Source: Escherichia coli (GTDB lineage: Bacteria; Pseudomonadota; Gammaproteobacteria; Enterobacterales; Enterobacteriaceae). From it: 64,000 nt of DNA. The stretch lies in the NCBI RefSeq assembly GCF_050920415.1, contig NZ_CP169309.1; one strand, given 5' to 3'. Below the pieces are notes generated by a model. The model was given only the letters and a program-made list of their open reading frames with translations, searched no databases and was not told where the DNA came from. Numbering within the stretch: the stretch's first letter is position 1; each line of letters opens with the position of its first letter. This document shows, in pieces, positions 23,162 to 35,904 of the stretch. Made by a program: the position numbers and the translations under genes.

Positions 23162-24046
23162 ATGAAAGTTGGTTTTATTGGCCTGGGGATTATGGGTAAA
23201 CCAATGAGTAAAAACCTTCTGAAAGCAGGTTACTCGCTGGTGGTTGCTGACCGTAACCCAGAAGCTATTGCTGACGTGATTGCAGCAGGTGCAGAAACAG
23301 CTTCTACGGCTAAAGCGATCGCTGAACAGTGCGACGTCATCATAACCATGCTGCCAAACTCCCCTCATGTGAAAGAGGTGGCGCTGGGTGAGAATGGCAT
23401 TATTGAAGGCGCGAAGCCAGGTACGGTATTGATCGATATGAGTTCTATTGCACCGCTGGCAAGCCGTGAAATAAGCGAAGCGCTGAAAGCGAAAGGCATT
23501 GATATGCTGGACGCCCCGGTGAGCGGCGGTGAACCGAAAGCCATCGACGGTACGCTGTCAGTGATGGTGGGCGGCGACAAGGCTATTTTCGACAAATACT
23601 ATGATTTGATGAAAGCGATGGCGGGTTCCGTGGTGCATACCGGGGAAATCGGTGCAGGTAACGTCACCAAACTGGCAAATCAGGTCATTGTGGCGCTGAA
23701 TATTGCCGCGATGTCAGAAGCGTTAACGCTGGCAACCAAAGCGGGCGTTAACCCGGATCTGGTGTATCAGGCAATTCGCGGTGGACTGGCGGGCAGTACC
23801 GTGCTGGATGCCAAAGCGCCGATGGTGATGGACCGCAACTTCAAGCCGGGCTTCCGTATTGATCTGCATATTAAGGATCTGGCAAATGCGCTGGATACTT
23901 CCCACGGCGTCGGCGCGCAACTGCCGCTCACAGCTGCGGTTATGGAGATGATGCAGGCACTGCGTGCCGATGGTTTAGGAACGGCGGATCATAGCGCCCT
24001 GGCGTGCTACTACGAAAAACTGGCGAAAGTCGAAGTTACTCGCTAA
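23162..24046 (+). CDS. garR: Tartronate semialdehyde (2-hydroxy-3-oxopropionate) reductase GarR
   Basis: ORF 23147..24046; start placed at MKVGFIGLGIMG (Rossmann GxGxxG); alternative upstream ATGs at 23147 and 23156. Confidence 0.85.
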   Translation: MKVGFIGLGIMGKPMSKNLLKAGYSLVVADRNPEAIADVIAAGAETASTAKAIAEQCDVIITMLPNSPHVKEVALGENGIIEGAKPGTVLIDMSSIAPLASREISEALKAKGIDMLDAPVSGGEPKAIDGTLSVMVGGDKAIFDKYYDLMKAMAGSVVHTGEIGAGNVTKLANQVIVALNIAAMSEALTLATKAGVNPDLVYQAIRGGLAGSTVLDAKAPMVMDRNFKPGFRIDLHIKDLANALDTSHGVGAQLPLTAAVMEMMQALRADGLGTADHSALACYYEKLAKVEVTR

Positions 24047-24142
24047 TGACGTCGTGCCCGGATGGCGTATTGCAATCCGGGCCTGGAATCCAGGCCGAAT
24101 AAGAGAAACGCCCTCCGGCGTCATGTGGTAACAGGCATAGGT

Positions 24143-25288
24143 ATGAAAATCGTAATCGCCCCAGACTCTTATAAAGAAAGTTTATCTGCCAGCGAGGTTG
24201 CGCAGGCCATAGAAAAAGGATTTCGGGAAATTTTTCCTGATGCACAGTATGTTTCCGTTCCGGTTGCCGACGGTGGTGAAGGAACGGTGGAAGCCATGAT
24301 TGCAGCCACCCAGGGGGCTGAACGTCACGCCTGGGTTACAGGGCCGCTGGGCGAGAAAGTGAATGCCAGTTGGGGGATCTCCGGCGATGGCAAAACCGCG
24401 TTTATCGAAATGGCGGCGGCCAGTGGGCTGGAACTGGTACCTGCGGAAAAACGCGATCCACTTGTGACCACTTCACGCGGTACTGGCGAGTTAATCCTGC
24501 AGGCGCTGGAGAGCGGCGCGACAAACATTATTATCGGCATTGGCGGCAGCGCCACCAACGACGGCGGCGCAGGCATGGTGCAGGCGCTGGGGGCGAAATT
24601 ATGCGATGCCAACGGCAATGAAATTGGTTTTGGCGGCGGTAGCCTTAATACTCTGAATGATATTGATATTTCCGGCCTCGATCCGCGCTTAAAAGATTGT
24701 GCTATTCGCGTCGCTTGTGATGTCACCAATCCGCTGGTGGGCGATAACGGCGCATCGCACATCTTTGGCCCACAAAAGGGAGCCAGTGAAGCGATGATTG
24801 TCGAGCTGGACAATAACCTCTCTCACTATGCCGATGTCATTAAAAAAGCGCTGCATGTTGATGTGAAAGATGTCCCCGGCGCAGGAGCTGCGGGCGGTAT
24901 GGGCGCGGCGCTGATGGCGTTTCTTGGTGCGGAACTGAAAAGTGGTATTGAAATCGTCACGACGGCGCTGAATCTGGAGGAACATATTCACGATTGTACG
25001 CTGGTGATCACCGGTGAAGGGCGTATTGACAGCCAGAGTATACACGGCAAGGTTCCGATTGGCGTCGCAAACGTGGCGAAAAAGTACCATAAACCGGTGA
25101 TTGGCATTGCGGGTAGCCTGACCAATGATGTTGGCGTTGTACATCAGCATGGCATTGATGCGGTCTTCAGCGTATTGACCAGTATTGGTACGTTGGACGA
25201 AGCATTCCGCGGGGCTTATGACAATATTTACCGTGCTTCACGTAATATCGCCGCGACACTGGCGATTGGAATGCGCAACGCGGGGTGA
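24143..25288 (+). CDS. garK: Glycerate 2-kinase GarK
   Basis: ORF 24062..25288 trimmed to MKIVIAPDSYKESL... ATG at 24143. Confidence 0.88.
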   Translation: MKIVIAPDSYKESLSASEVAQAIEKGFREIFPDAQYVSVPVADGGEGTVEAMIAATQGAERHAWVTGPLGEKVNASWGISGDGKTAFIEMAAASGLELVPAEKRDPLVTTSRGTGELILQALESGATNIIIGIGGSATNDGGAGMVQALGAKLCDANGNEIGFGGGSLNTLNDIDISGLDPRLKDCAIRVACDVTNPLVGDNGASHIFGPQKGASEAMIVELDNNLSHYADVIKKALHVDVKDVPGAGAAGGMGAALMAFLGAELKSGIEIVTTALNLEEHIHDCTLVITGEGRIDSQSIHGKVPIGVANVAKKYHKPVIGIAGSLTNDVGVVHQHGIDAVFSVLTSIGTLDEAFRGAYDNIYRASRNIAATLAIGMRNAG

Positions 25289-25306
25289 CAAGGGCGCGCA
25301 AACCCT

Positions 25307-25312
25307 CTATAC
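25307..25312 (+). promoter_or_regulatory. rnpB -10 element (TATACT)
   Basis: TATACT hexamer 8 bp upstream of the GAAGCTGACC M1 RNA 5' end. Confidence 0.6.
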
Positions 25313-25320
25313 TGCGCGCC

Positions 25321-25697
<377 letters not shown>

Positions 25698-25709
25698 CTT
25701 CAACGAAAA

Positions 25710-25736
25710 CCCGCCAGTGCAAACTGGCGGGTTTTT
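25710..25736 (+). terminator. Rho-independent terminator downstream of rnpB
   Basis: Hairpin CCCGCCAGT-N6-ACTGGCGGG followed by TTTTT. Confidence 0.85.
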
Positions 25737-25820
25737 GCTTTTGAGGAGGGTGGTCGGAAAGATGAACGTCTTATCTGGCCTACAAAACAACGAAAATTTA
25801 ATATATTGCACAGAGGAAAT

Positions 25821-25849
25821 GTAGGCCTGATAAGCGTAGCGCCTCAGGC
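25821..25849. repeat. REP-like palindromic unit
   Basis: GTAGGCCTGATAAGCGTAGCGCCTCAGGC, REP-type sequence. Confidence 0.6.
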
Positions 25850-25968
25850 AATTTTGTGTTTATCATCAGTCTCGAACCTGCTTCGGCAAGCTTTTACTTT
25901 TGGTGCAGACGGAAAGATGAACGAGTATCTAAGCTATTAATAATAGACTTTGCAAGAAATCATTACAT

Positions 25969-27138
25969 TTATATTTCATTTAAAAGATCGTAATCATACG
26001 TATATTCTTTGCTAATAAAACGACACTCGTTGAAGCTAAATTCATCGTCTGAAAAGGAATTGTCAACAGAATCTCTCTCTTCCTCCAGGCTATTATCTGA
26101 AAGCAAGTCGTTTGAGTTAGTGTAATCTAGGTTGTAATCGACAGTATAATTAATTTCTGGATCGGTTTGGTAATCATTTTTTTTGACGCAATCATATTCT
26201 TCAATAATTTTGTCGATATAATCATATGCTTTTTCTAATGAGAAGTTTTTCATCTCTGGTAATTTAACTTTGCTCAAATAATTATTAATTTTTGAGGAAT
26301 TTTTATATATGCTTTTTGTTAATTCTTTTTCTAATTTGTCTGTTATATTTGCTGTTGGTATGGATTTTATAATCGCATATCTCATGATTTTTAATTGATC
26401 TTCGGTTAAATCTCCAAGCTCATTTAAACAACTTTCGACAAAGTTGATTTTTTCTCTGGAATAATCATCGCTGATACTTGTTAACGCTGGGGTGATTTTT
26501 AATAAAGAATTCCATGAGATAGTACCATTGTGTGTCGAACGCATAAAATTTATATTGTACATATTGGTTTTAGTAAACTTTGTTGCAAACAATGTAAAGG
26601 GATCTAAAGTCGCGTAAGCCATATGTTTATTTGAAAAATCATAACCAGTTAAATCGACGTTATGCAAGTCCAGATAGGATAAATCTATTACGTCGCCTGC
26701 TCCAGAGCTAAAGATTACATTTAGTCTTCTGATTTCATTATAAATTTCCTTTAATGAACAATTTATGTTCATGATGTCTGTTGAAATTTTTTTGTTATTT
26801 AACGGTTCACAAATTATAAGTTCGCAAGTATTGTCTGATCGTTGCGTTATTTGGGCATTATAACCTAAAAAGTCTATGCGAAGAGACGAGTTATTATAAA
26901 GTATTACATTTTTTAAGTATGCTAATTCTTGTTGAAAATCACCATCGATAATACATGTTCCACCTGGTTGCAACGCGCAGATTAACGTGAGCATTTGATT
27001 AGAAGTCTGTTTTAGTTTTACTACACCTGGTGCTAGTGCTTTGAGGTCATTTATTATGGGGGTTTCAGGAATGTCATTCATTTTTATACGTACTAAATCA
27101 TTACCTAAGTCATTACCTATTGATGAAACCGGGAACAT
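25969..27138 (-). CDS. yhaC: Uncharacterized protein YhaC (pentapeptide-repeat-like central region, acidic D/Y/E-rich C-terminus)
   Basis: 389-aa ORF in a strongly AT-rich segment; synteny between rnpB and tdcR. Confidence 0.75.
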   Translation of the reverse strand: MFPVSSIGNDLGNDLVRIKMNDIPETPIINDLKALAPGVVKLKQTSNQMLTLICALQPGGTCIIDGDFQQELAYLKNVILYNNSSLRIDFLGYNAQITQRSDNTCELIICEPLNNKKISTDIMNINCSLKEIYNEIRRLNVIFSSGAGDVIDLSYLDLHNVDLTGYDFSNKHMAYATLDPFTLFATKFTKTNMYNINFMRSTHNGTISWNSLLKITPALTSISDDYSREKINFVESCLNELGDLTEDQLKIMRYAIIKSIPTANITDKLEKELTKSIYKNSSKINNYLSKVKLPEMKNFSLEKAYDYIDKIIEEYDCVKKNDYQTDPEINYTVDYNLDYTNSNDLLSDNSLEEERDSVDNSFSDDEFSFNECRFISKEYTYDYDLLNEI

Positions 27139-27159
27139 TATTTTATCCTTTTTAAATAA

Positions 27160-27729
27160 TCAATGAGAATCATGATTAAAATGATCTGGTGAAAAAAAGA
27201 GAATTTGCCAACAATCTGAAACATTGTCAGTTTTATTAAAATGATTAAATTCCGTTAAGATAACTTCTTTTTGCGTGAACTTTGCGCAAAACTTAAAAAT
27301 TGTCTCCTTGATACACTCCAGATCTTTTCTATTGATGGCTGAACAAGTACATTTTTCGCCAAAAGGTGAAAATGTGCCTACATCTAAAGTTTGTATTATA
27401 TAATCATCATTTACTCCTGTAGAAATATCTATGATGAATGGACTTCTATTTTCCGGTTGGATTCGGATCATTACAGAAGAAACATCACCTTTATAGACAT
27501 TCAATGCAGTAATCGCAGATAATATTCTCCGCAATTCATTGCTTATGCTGTAAATTTCATTAACGTCATTTGTCGATATAATCTCGGCAAATTTTATTTT
27601 TACCTTCCAATAATCAATGTTTCTATTATAAGTGTTAACAGTTTCGTACATTGGTGGTATCGAAGGGGGTAAAAAATGTGAAACCGAATAACCTTTCATT
27701 GATGCCTGCCTTGTCTTCATGACAAACAA
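27160..27729 (-). CDS. yhaB: Uncharacterized protein YhaB
   Basis: 189-aa ORF 21 bp downstream of yhaC, AT-rich; synteny. Confidence 0.7.
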   Translation of the reverse strand: MFVMKTRQASMKGYSVSHFLPPSIPPMYETVNTYNRNIDYWKVKIKFAEIISTNDVNEIYSISNELRRILSAITALNVYKGDVSSVMIRIQPENRSPFIIDISTGVNDDYIIQTLDVGTFSPFGEKCTCSAINRKDLECIKETIFKFCAKFTQKEVILTEFNHFNKTDNVSDCWQILFFSPDHFNHDSH

Positions 27730-27937
27730 TAATCAATGCTTATTTTCCTTGCACGGTTCGCTCACAACTATCAAAAAACGCTCAATTACCCGGCATTACA
27801 GTCAACGAAGCAAAATTCTGTGGTCTACAACGATGTAAAGCACAACGAAAATCCTCCTTGTTCTCTTATTCTGATCGTATAGCGATGAACATCAATTATT
27901 CGTTTTGTGATCCTCAACACAAAATGCTATTTAGTAA

Positions 27938-28312
27938 CTATGGTGACAGTAGAAACGAGGGGAAACGATTGCATTCACAAAATGACGTCCTGTAAGAAGG
28001 GTGAAAGTTGATGTTAATCAATTGTTCGAGATGATCAATATCTGTATTCGAAATTTTAAAACATTGATAAAATAAATGTTTGCCCTCCAACAAATAGCGA
28101 GAAAAAATGTGACGTGCCGCATTATTTATCGCTGAAAATGATTTATTTATAATAAAATTTGATAACTTGCTCATAAAATTTAACTCAAAATTTGCCTGGT
28201 AATTATCCGCTAATTGCTTGAAATATGGTCGCGGCTGCTTTTTTTTATTAACCACATAACGAATGATGTTATCGCCATAAAATATGGTTATCCCTGTCAT
28301 TTTTTTTGACAA
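27938..28312 (-). CDS. tdcR: Putative small regulator TdcR (start uncertain, true product may be shorter)
   Basis: AT-rich ORF divergent from tdcA; position matches tdcR. Confidence 0.5.
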   Translation of the reverse strand: MSKKMTGITIFYGDNIIRYVVNKKKQPRPYFKQLADNYQANFELNFMSKLSNFIINKSFSAINNAARHIFSRYLLEGKHLFYQCFKISNTDIDHLEQLININFHPSYRTSFCECNRFPSFLLSP

Positions 28313-28488
28313 AAATCAGGGTTTATGCTGATTTATATACTTTAACTTATTGATATATAAAAGAATTTAATTGATACAGTGATATCCAGAAAAGTATTGA
28401 AAGTTAATTTGTGAGTGGTCGCACATATCCTGTTCATTTCATTTTGATACACTTCATGCCGTCAATGAGGTTATTAACGTAGGTAGTT
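28313..28488. promoter_or_regulatory. tdc operon promoter region (tdcR-tdcA divergent intergenic)
   Basis: AT-rich 176-bp region immediately upstream of tdcA. Confidence 0.5.
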
Positions 28489-29427
28489 ATGAGCACTATT
28501 CTTCTTCCGAAAACGCAGCATCTGGTAGTCTTTCAGGAAGTCATTAGAAGTGGCTCTATCGGCTCGGCTGCAAAAGAATTAGGGTTAACTCAACCCGCCG
28601 TCAGTAAAATCATTAACGATATTGAAGACTATTTTGGTGTGGAATTAGTGGTGCGGAAAAATACCGGTGTAACATTAACACCTGCCGGTCAATTGTTACT
28701 CTCCCGTTCCGAATCCATTACCCGTGAAATGAAAAATATGGTTAATGAGATAAGCGGTATGTCTTCTGAGGCGGTGGTGGAAGTCTCATTCGGTTTTCCT
28801 TCATTGATTGGTTTTACTTTTATGTCCGGGATGATCAACAAGTTCAAAGAGGTGTTTCCGAAAGCGCAGGTTTCTATGTATGAAGCGCAACTGTCTTCGT
28901 TCTTACCGGCAATCCGCGACGGTCGACTGGATTTTGCGATTGGTACGTTAAGCGCAGAAATGAAGCTTCAGGATTTACATGTTGAGCCGCTGTTCGAGTC
29001 CGAGTTTGTGTTGGTAGCCAGTAAGTCCCGAACATGCACCGGCACCACCACGCTGGAGTCGTTGAAGAACGAACAGTGGGTGTTGCCACAAACCAATATG
29101 GGGTACTACAGCGAGCTGCTCACCACGTTACAAAGAAATGGCATCAGTATTGAAAACATCGTTAAAACCGACTCAGTTGTGACAATTTATAATCTTGTTC
29201 TCAATGCTGATTTCTTAACTGTAATTCCTTGTGATATGACATCACCTTTTGGTTCAAATCAATTTATTACTATTCCGGTTGAAGAAACATTACCTGTGGC
29301 ACAATATGCCGCGGTATGGTCGAAAAATTATCGTATTAAAAAAGCAGCATCGGTTTTGGTGGAATTAGCCAAAGAGTATTCATCTTATAATGGGTGTAGA
29401 CGAAGGCAATTAATTGAAGTTGGTTAG
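28489..29427 (+). CDS. tdcA: LysR-family transcriptional activator TdcA
   Basis: 312-aa ORF, N-terminal HTH (LysR type). Confidence 0.9.
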   Translation: MSTILLPKTQHLVVFQEVIRSGSIGSAAKELGLTQPAVSKIINDIEDYFGVELVVRKNTGVTLTPAGQLLLSRSESITREMKNMVNEISGMSSEAVVEVSFGFPSLIGFTFMSGMINKFKEVFPKAQVSMYEAQLSSFLPAIRDGRLDFAIGTLSAEMKLQDLHVEPLFESEFVLVASKSRTCTGTTTLESLKNEQWVLPQTNMGYYSELLTTLQRNGISIENIVKTDSVVTIYNLVLNADFLTVIPCDMTSPFGSNQFITIPVEETLPVAQYAAVWSKNYRIKKAASVLVELAKEYSSYNGCRRRQLIEVG

Positions 29428-29525
29428 TTATTTGTTTTTATTTAAACATAAATAATCCACCTGTCTGTTTTGCAGGTGTCGGTTACGGTTACCTACATAT
29501 TTAATTCAGGCTAAGAGGTTTTATA

Positions 29526-30515
29526 ATGCATATTACATACGATCTCCCGGTTGCTATTGATGACATCATTGAAGCAAAACAACGACTGGCTGGGCGAATT
29601 TATAAAACAGGCATGCCTCGCTCCAACTATTTTAGTGAACGTTGCAAAGGTGAAATATTCCTCAAATTCGAAAACATGCAGCGTACCGGTTCATTTAAAA
29701 TTCGTGGCGCATTTAATAAATTAAGTTCACTGACCGATGCGGAAAAACGTAAAGGTGTAGTGGCCTGCTCTGCGGGCAACCATGCGCAAGGGGTCTCGCT
29801 CTCCTGCGCGATGCTGGGTATCGACGGTAAAGTGGTGATGCCAAAAGGCGCGCCGAAATCCAAAGTAGCGGCAACGTGCGACTACTCCGCTGAAGTTGTT
29901 CTGCACGGCGACAACTTTAACGACACTATCGCTAAAGTGAGCGAAATTGTCGAAACGGAAGGCCGTATTTTTATCCCACCTTATGATGATCCGAAAGTGA
30001 TTGCCGGTCAGGGAACGATTGGCCTGGAAATTATGGAAGATCTCTATGATGTCGATAATGTGATTGTGCCAATTGGCGGTGGCGGTTTAATTGCTGGTAT
30101 TGCGGTAGCGATTAAATCAATTAACCCGACTATTCGTGTTATTGGCGTACAGTCAGAAAACGTTCACGGCATGGCGGCTTCTTTCCACTCCGGAGAAATA
30201 ACCACGCACCGAACTACCGGCACCCTGGCGGATGGTTGTGATGTCGCCCGCCCGGGTAATTTAACTTACGAAATCGTTCGTGAATTAGTCGATGACATCG
30301 TGCTGGTCAGCGAAGACGAAATCAGAAACAGTATGATTGCCTTAATTCAGCGCAATAAAGTCGTCACCGAAGGCGCAGGCGCTCTGGCATGTGCTGCATT
30401 ATTAAGCGGTAAATTAGACCAATATATTCAAAACAGAAAAACCGTCAGTATTATTTCCGGCGGCAATATCGATCTTTCTCGCGTCTCTCAAATCACCGGT
30501 TTCGTTGACGCTTAA
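29526..30515 (+). CDS. tdcB: Catabolic L-threonine/L-serine dehydratase TdcB (PLP-dependent)
   Basis: 329-aa ORF with PLP lysine motif SFKIRGA. Confidence 0.92.
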   Translation: MHITYDLPVAIDDIIEAKQRLAGRIYKTGMPRSNYFSERCKGEIFLKFENMQRTGSFKIRGAFNKLSSLTDAEKRKGVVACSAGNHAQGVSLSCAMLGIDGKVVMPKGAPKSKVAATCDYSAEVVLHGDNFNDTIAKVSEIVETEGRIFIPPYDDPKVIAGQGTIGLEIMEDLYDVDNVIVPIGGGGLIAGIAVAIKSINPTIRVIGVQSENVHGMAASFHSGEITTHRTTGTLADGCDVARPGNLTYEIVRELVDDIVLVSEDEIRNSMIALIQRNKVVTEGAGALACAALLSGKLDQYIQNRKTVSIISGGNIDLSRVSQITGFVDA

Positions 30516-30533
30516 TTAATTCGTTGAGGATAG

Positions 30534-31868
<1,335 letters not shown>

Positions 31869-31893
31869 TCCGTAACTCAGGATGAGAAAAGAG

Positions 31894-33102
31894 ATGAATG
31901 AATTTCCGGTTGTTTTGGTTATTAACTGTGGTTCGTCTTCGATTAAGTTTTCCGTGCTCGATGCCAGCGACTGTGAAGTATTAATGTCAGGTATTGCCGA
32001 CGGTATTAACTCGGAAAATGCATTCTTATCCGTAAATGGGGGAGAGCCAGCACCGCTGGCTCACCACAGCTACGAAGGTGCATTGAAGGCAATTGCATTT
32101 GAACTGGAAAAACGGAATTTAAATGACAGTGTGGCCTTAATCGGCCACCGTATCGCCCACGGCGGCAGTATTTTTACCGAGTCTGCCATTATCACCGATG
32201 AAGTCATTAATAATATCCGTCGCGTTTCTCCACTGGCACCCCTGCATAATTACGCCAATTTAAGTGGTATTGAATCGGCGCAGCAATTATTCCCGGGCGT
32301 AACTCAGGTGGCGGTATTTGATACCAGTTTCCACCAGACGATGGCGCCGGAAGCTTATTTATACGGCCTGCCGTGGAAATATTATGAAGAGTTAGGTGTA
32401 CGCCGTTATGGTTTCCACGGCACGTCGCACCGCTACGTTTCCCAGCGCGCGCATTCTTTGCTGAATCTGGCGGAAGATGACTCCGGCCTGGTCGTGGCGC
32501 ATCTTGGCAATGGCGCGTCAATCTGCGCAGTTCGCAACGGTCAGAGTGTTGACACTTCAATGGGAATGACGCCGCTGGAAGGCTTGATGATGGGTACCCG
32601 CAGTGGTGATGTCGACTTCGGGGCGATGTCCTGGGTCGCCAGCCAAACCAACCAGAGCCTGGGTGACCTGGAACGCGTAGTGAATAAAGAGTCGGGATTA
32701 TTAGGTATTTCCGGTCTTTCTTCGGATTTACGTGTTCTGGAAAAAGCCTGGCATGAAGGTCACGAACGCGCGCAACTGGCAATTAAAACCTTTGTTCACC
32801 GAATTGCCCGTCATATTGCCGGACACGCAGCCTCATTACGTCGCCTGGATGGAATTATATTCACCGGCGGAATAGGAGAAAATTCAAGTTTAATTCGTCG
32901 TTTGGTCATGGAGCATTTGGCTGTATTAGGCGTAGAGATTGATACAGAAATGAATAACCGCTCTAACTCCTTTGGTGAGCGAATTGTTTCTAGTGAAAAT
33001 GCGCGTGTCATTTGCGCCGTTATTCCGACTAACGAAGAAAAAATGATTGCTTTGGATGCCATTCATTTAGGCAAAGTTAACGCGCCCGCAGAATTTGCAT
33101 AA
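31894..33102 (+). CDS. tdcD: Propionate kinase TdcD (acetate/propionate kinase family)
   Basis: ORF 31882..33102 trimmed to [16 protein letters not shown]... Confidence 0.9.
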   Translation: MNEFPVVLVINCGSSSIKFSVLDASDCEVLMSGIADGINSENAFLSVNGGEPAPLAHHSYEGALKAIAFELEKRNLNDSVALIGHRIAHGGSIFTESAIITDEVINNIRRVSPLAPLHNYANLSGIESAQQLFPGVTQVAVFDTSFHQTMAPEAYLYGLPWKYYEELGVRRYGFHGTSHRYVSQRAHSLLNLAEDDSGLVVAHLGNGASICAVRNGQSVDTSMGMTPLEGLMMGTRSGDVDFGAMSWVASQTNQSLGDLERVVNKESGLLGISGLSSDLRVLEKAWHEGHERAQLAIKTFVHRIARHIAGHAASLRRLDGIIFTGGIGENSSLIRRLVMEHLAVLGVEIDTEMNNRSNSFGERIVSSENARVICAVIPTNEEKMIALDAIHLGKVNAPAEFA

Positions 33103-33135
33103 TTTAGTTGAAGTATTGTAGAGAGATTATTTTTC

Positions 33136-35430
33136 ATGAAGGTAGATATTGATACCAGCGATAAGCTGTACGCCGACGCATGGCTTGGCTTTAAAGGTAC
33201 GGACTGGAAAAACGAAATTAATGTCCGCGATTTTATTCAACATAACTATACACCGTATGAAGGCGATGAATCTTTTCTCGCCGAAGCGACGCCAGCCACC
33301 ACGGAATTGTGGGAAAAAGTAATGGAAGGCATCCGTATCGAAAACGCGACTCACGCGCCGGTTGATTTCGATACTAATATTGCCACCACCATTACCGCTC
33401 ATGATGCGGGATATATTAACCAGCCGCTGGAAAAAATTGTTGGCCTGCAAACAGATGCACCATTAAAGCGCGCGCTGCATCCGTTCGGCGGTATTAATAT
33501 GATTAAAAGCTCATTCCACGCATATGGCCGTGAAATGGACAGTGAATTTGAGTACATCTTTACCGATCTGCGTAAAACCCATAATCAGGGCGTATTTGAT
33601 GCGTACTCACCGGATATGCTGCGCTGCCGTAAATCGGGTGTACTGACTGGTTTGCCAGACGGTTATGGTCGTGGGCGTATTATCGGTGACTACCGCCGCG
33701 TAGCGCTTTACGGCATCAGTTATCTGGTACGTGAACGCGAACTGCAATTTGCCGATCTCCAGTCTCGCCTGGAGAAAGGCGAAGATCTCGAAGCCACTAT
33801 CCGTCTGCGTGAGGAGCTGGCGGAACATCGTCGTGCGCTGTTGCAGATTCAGGAAATGGCGGTGAAATACGGTTTTGATATCTCCCGTCCGGCGCAGAAT
33901 GCGCAGGAAGCGGTGCAGTGGCTCTACTTCGCTTACCTGGCGGCAGTGAAATCACAGAACGGCGGCGCAATGTCTCTTGGCCGTACGGCATCGTTCCTCG
34001 ATATCTACATTGAGCGCGACTTTAAAGCTGGCGTGCTCAATGAGCAGCAGGCACAAGAACTGATCGACCACTTCATTATGAAGATCCGTATGGTGCGCTT
34101 CCTGCGTACGCCGGAATTTGATTCGCTGTTCTCTGGCGACCCGATCTGGGCGACGGAAGTGATCGGTGGGATGGGGCTGGACGGTCGTACGCTGGTGACC
34201 AAAAACTCTTTCCGTTATCTGCACACCCTGCACACTATGGGGCCAGCACCGGAACCAAACCTGACCATTCTGTGGTCGGAAGAATTACCGATCGCCTTCA
34301 AAAAATATGCCGCACAGGTGTCTATCGTCACCTCTTCCTTGCAGTATGAAAACGACGATCTGATGCGTACTGACTTCAACAGCGACGATTACGCGATTGC
34401 CTGCTGCGTTAGCCCGATGGTGATTGGTAAGCAAATGCAGTTCTTTGGTGCACGCGCTAACCTGGCGAAAACGCTGCTCTACGCAATTAACGGCGGGGTG
34501 GACGAGAAGCTGAAGATTCAGGTCGGCCCAAAAACAGCACCGCTGATGGACGACGTGTTGGACTACGACAAAGTGATGGACAGCCTCGACCACTTTATGG
34601 ACTGGCTGGCGGTGCAGTACATCAGCGCGCTGAACATCATCCACTACATGCACGACAAGTACAGCTACGAAGCCTCGCTGATGGCGCTGCATGATCGTGA
34701 TGTCTATCGCACTATGGCGTGTGGCATCGCGGGCCTGTCAGTGGCGACGGACTCCCTGTCTGCCATCAAATATGCCAGCGTGAAACCAATCCGTGACGAA
34801 AACGGCCTGGCGGTGGATTTCGAAATCGACGGTGAATATCCGCAGTACGGCAACAACGACGAGCGCGTAGACAGTATTGCCTGCGACCTGGTTGAACGCT
34901 TTATGAAGAAAATTAAAGCGCTGCCAACCTATCGCAACGCCGTCCCTACCCAGTCGATTCTGACTATCACTTCTAACGTGGTGTACGGGCAGAAAACCGG
35001 TAACACGCCGGACGGTCGTCGCGCCGGAACACCGTTCGCACCGGGCGCTAACCCGATGCACGGTCGTGACCGTAAAGGTGCCGTGGCCTCGCTGACGTCG
35101 GTGGCGAAACTGCCGTTCACTTACGCCAAAGACGGTATCTCGTACACCTTCTCAATTGTCCCGGCGGCGTTGGGCAAAGAAGATCCAGTACGTAAAACCA
35201 ACCTTGTCGGCCTGCTGGATGGGTATTTCCACCACGAAGCGGATGTCGAAGGCGGTCAACACCTCAACGTCAACGTAATGAATCGGGAAATGCTGCTGGA
35301 TGCCATCGAGCACCCGGAAAAATATCCTAACCTGACAATCCGTGTCTCTGGCTACGCCGTGCGCTTCAACGCACTGACCCGTGAACAGCAACAAGATGTT
35401 ATTTCACGTACTTTTACCCAGGCGCTCTGA
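33136..35430 (+). CDS. tdcE: 2-ketobutyrate formate-lyase / pyruvate formate-lyase TdcE (glycyl radical enzyme)
   Basis: 764-aa ORF with C-terminal glycyl-radical motif (RVSGYAV). Confidence 0.92.
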   Translation: MKVDIDTSDKLYADAWLGFKGTDWKNEINVRDFIQHNYTPYEGDESFLAEATPATTELWEKVMEGIRIENATHAPVDFDTNIATTITAHDAGYINQPLEKIVGLQTDAPLKRALHPFGGINMIKSSFHAYGREMDSEFEYIFTDLRKTHNQGVFDAYSPDMLRCRKSGVLTGLPDGYGRGRIIGDYRRVALYGISYLVRERELQFADLQSRLEKGEDLEATIRLREELAEHRRALLQIQEMAVKYGFDISRPAQNAQEAVQWLYFAYLAAVKSQNGGAMSLGRTASFLDIYIERDFKAGVLNEQQAQELIDHFIMKIRMVRFLRTPEFDSLFSGDPIWATEVIGGMGLDGRTLVTKNSFRYLHTLHTMGPAPEPNLTILWSEELPIAFKKYAAQVSIVTSSLQYENDDLMRTDFNSDDYAIACCVSPMVIGKQMQFFGARANLAKTLLYAINGGVDEKLKIQVGPKTAPLMDDVLDYDKVMDSLDHFMDWLAVQYISALNIIHYMHDKYSYEASLMALHDRDVYRTMACGIAGLSVATDSLSAIKYASVKPIRDENGLAVDFEIDGEYPQYGNNDERVDSIACDLVERFMKKIKALPTYRNAVPTQSILTITSNVVYGQKTGNTPDGRRAGTPFAPGANPMHGRDRKGAVASLTSVAKLPFTYAKDGISYTFSIVPAALGKEDPVRKTNLVGLLDGYFHHEADVEGGQHLNVNVMNREMLLDAIEHPEKYPNLTIRVSGYAVRFNALTREQQQDVISRTFTQAL

Positions 35431-35443
35431 CGCCGGAGGATGT

Positions 35444-35833
35444 ATGAAAAAGATTATCGAAACGCAACGTGCCCCAGGCGCAATCGGCCCTTATGTTCAG
35501 GGTGTTGATTTAGGCAGCATGGTCTTCACCTCCGGGCAAATTCCGGTGTGCCCGCAGACAGGTGAGATCCCGGCTGATGTGCAAGATCAGGCGCGTTTAA
35601 GCCTCGAAAACGTCAAAGCGATCGTGGTTGCTGCCGGGCTGAGCGTGGGTGATATCATCAAGATGACCGTGTTCATCACCGATCTGAATGATTTTGCCAC
35701 CATCAATGAAGTCTATAAGCAGTTCTTCGATGAGCATCAGGCGACCTACCCGACCCGGAGCTGTGTGCAGGTCGCGCGTTTGCCGAAAGATGTGAAGCTG
35801 GAAATTGAAGCCATCGCAGTACGTAGTGCGTAA
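35444..35833 (+). CDS. tdcF: Enamine/imine deaminase TdcF (RidA/YjgF family)
   Basis: ORF 35381..35833 trimmed to MKKIIETQRAPGAIGPY with GGAGGA RBS. Confidence 0.9.
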   Translation: MKKIIETQRAPGAIGPYVQGVDLGSMVFTSGQIPVCPQTGEIPADVQDQARLSLENVKAIVVAAGLSVGDIIKMTVFITDLNDFATINEVYKQFFDEHQATYPTRSCVQVARLPKDVKLEIEAIAVRSA

Positions 35834-35904
35834 AGCCTCGTGAGCGGGACGGTCGCAAGGTCGTTCCGCTCCACTTCACTGAACGGCAATCCGAGGGTGT
35901 GGAT

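Noticed and set aside
25900-28490. yhaC/yhaB/tdcR block as a mobile genomic island
   Set aside because: No integrase, transposase, direct repeats or tRNA attachment site flank it, and as far as I recall the same genes occupy this position in reference E. coli, so it is treated as an old acquisition rather than a mobile element.
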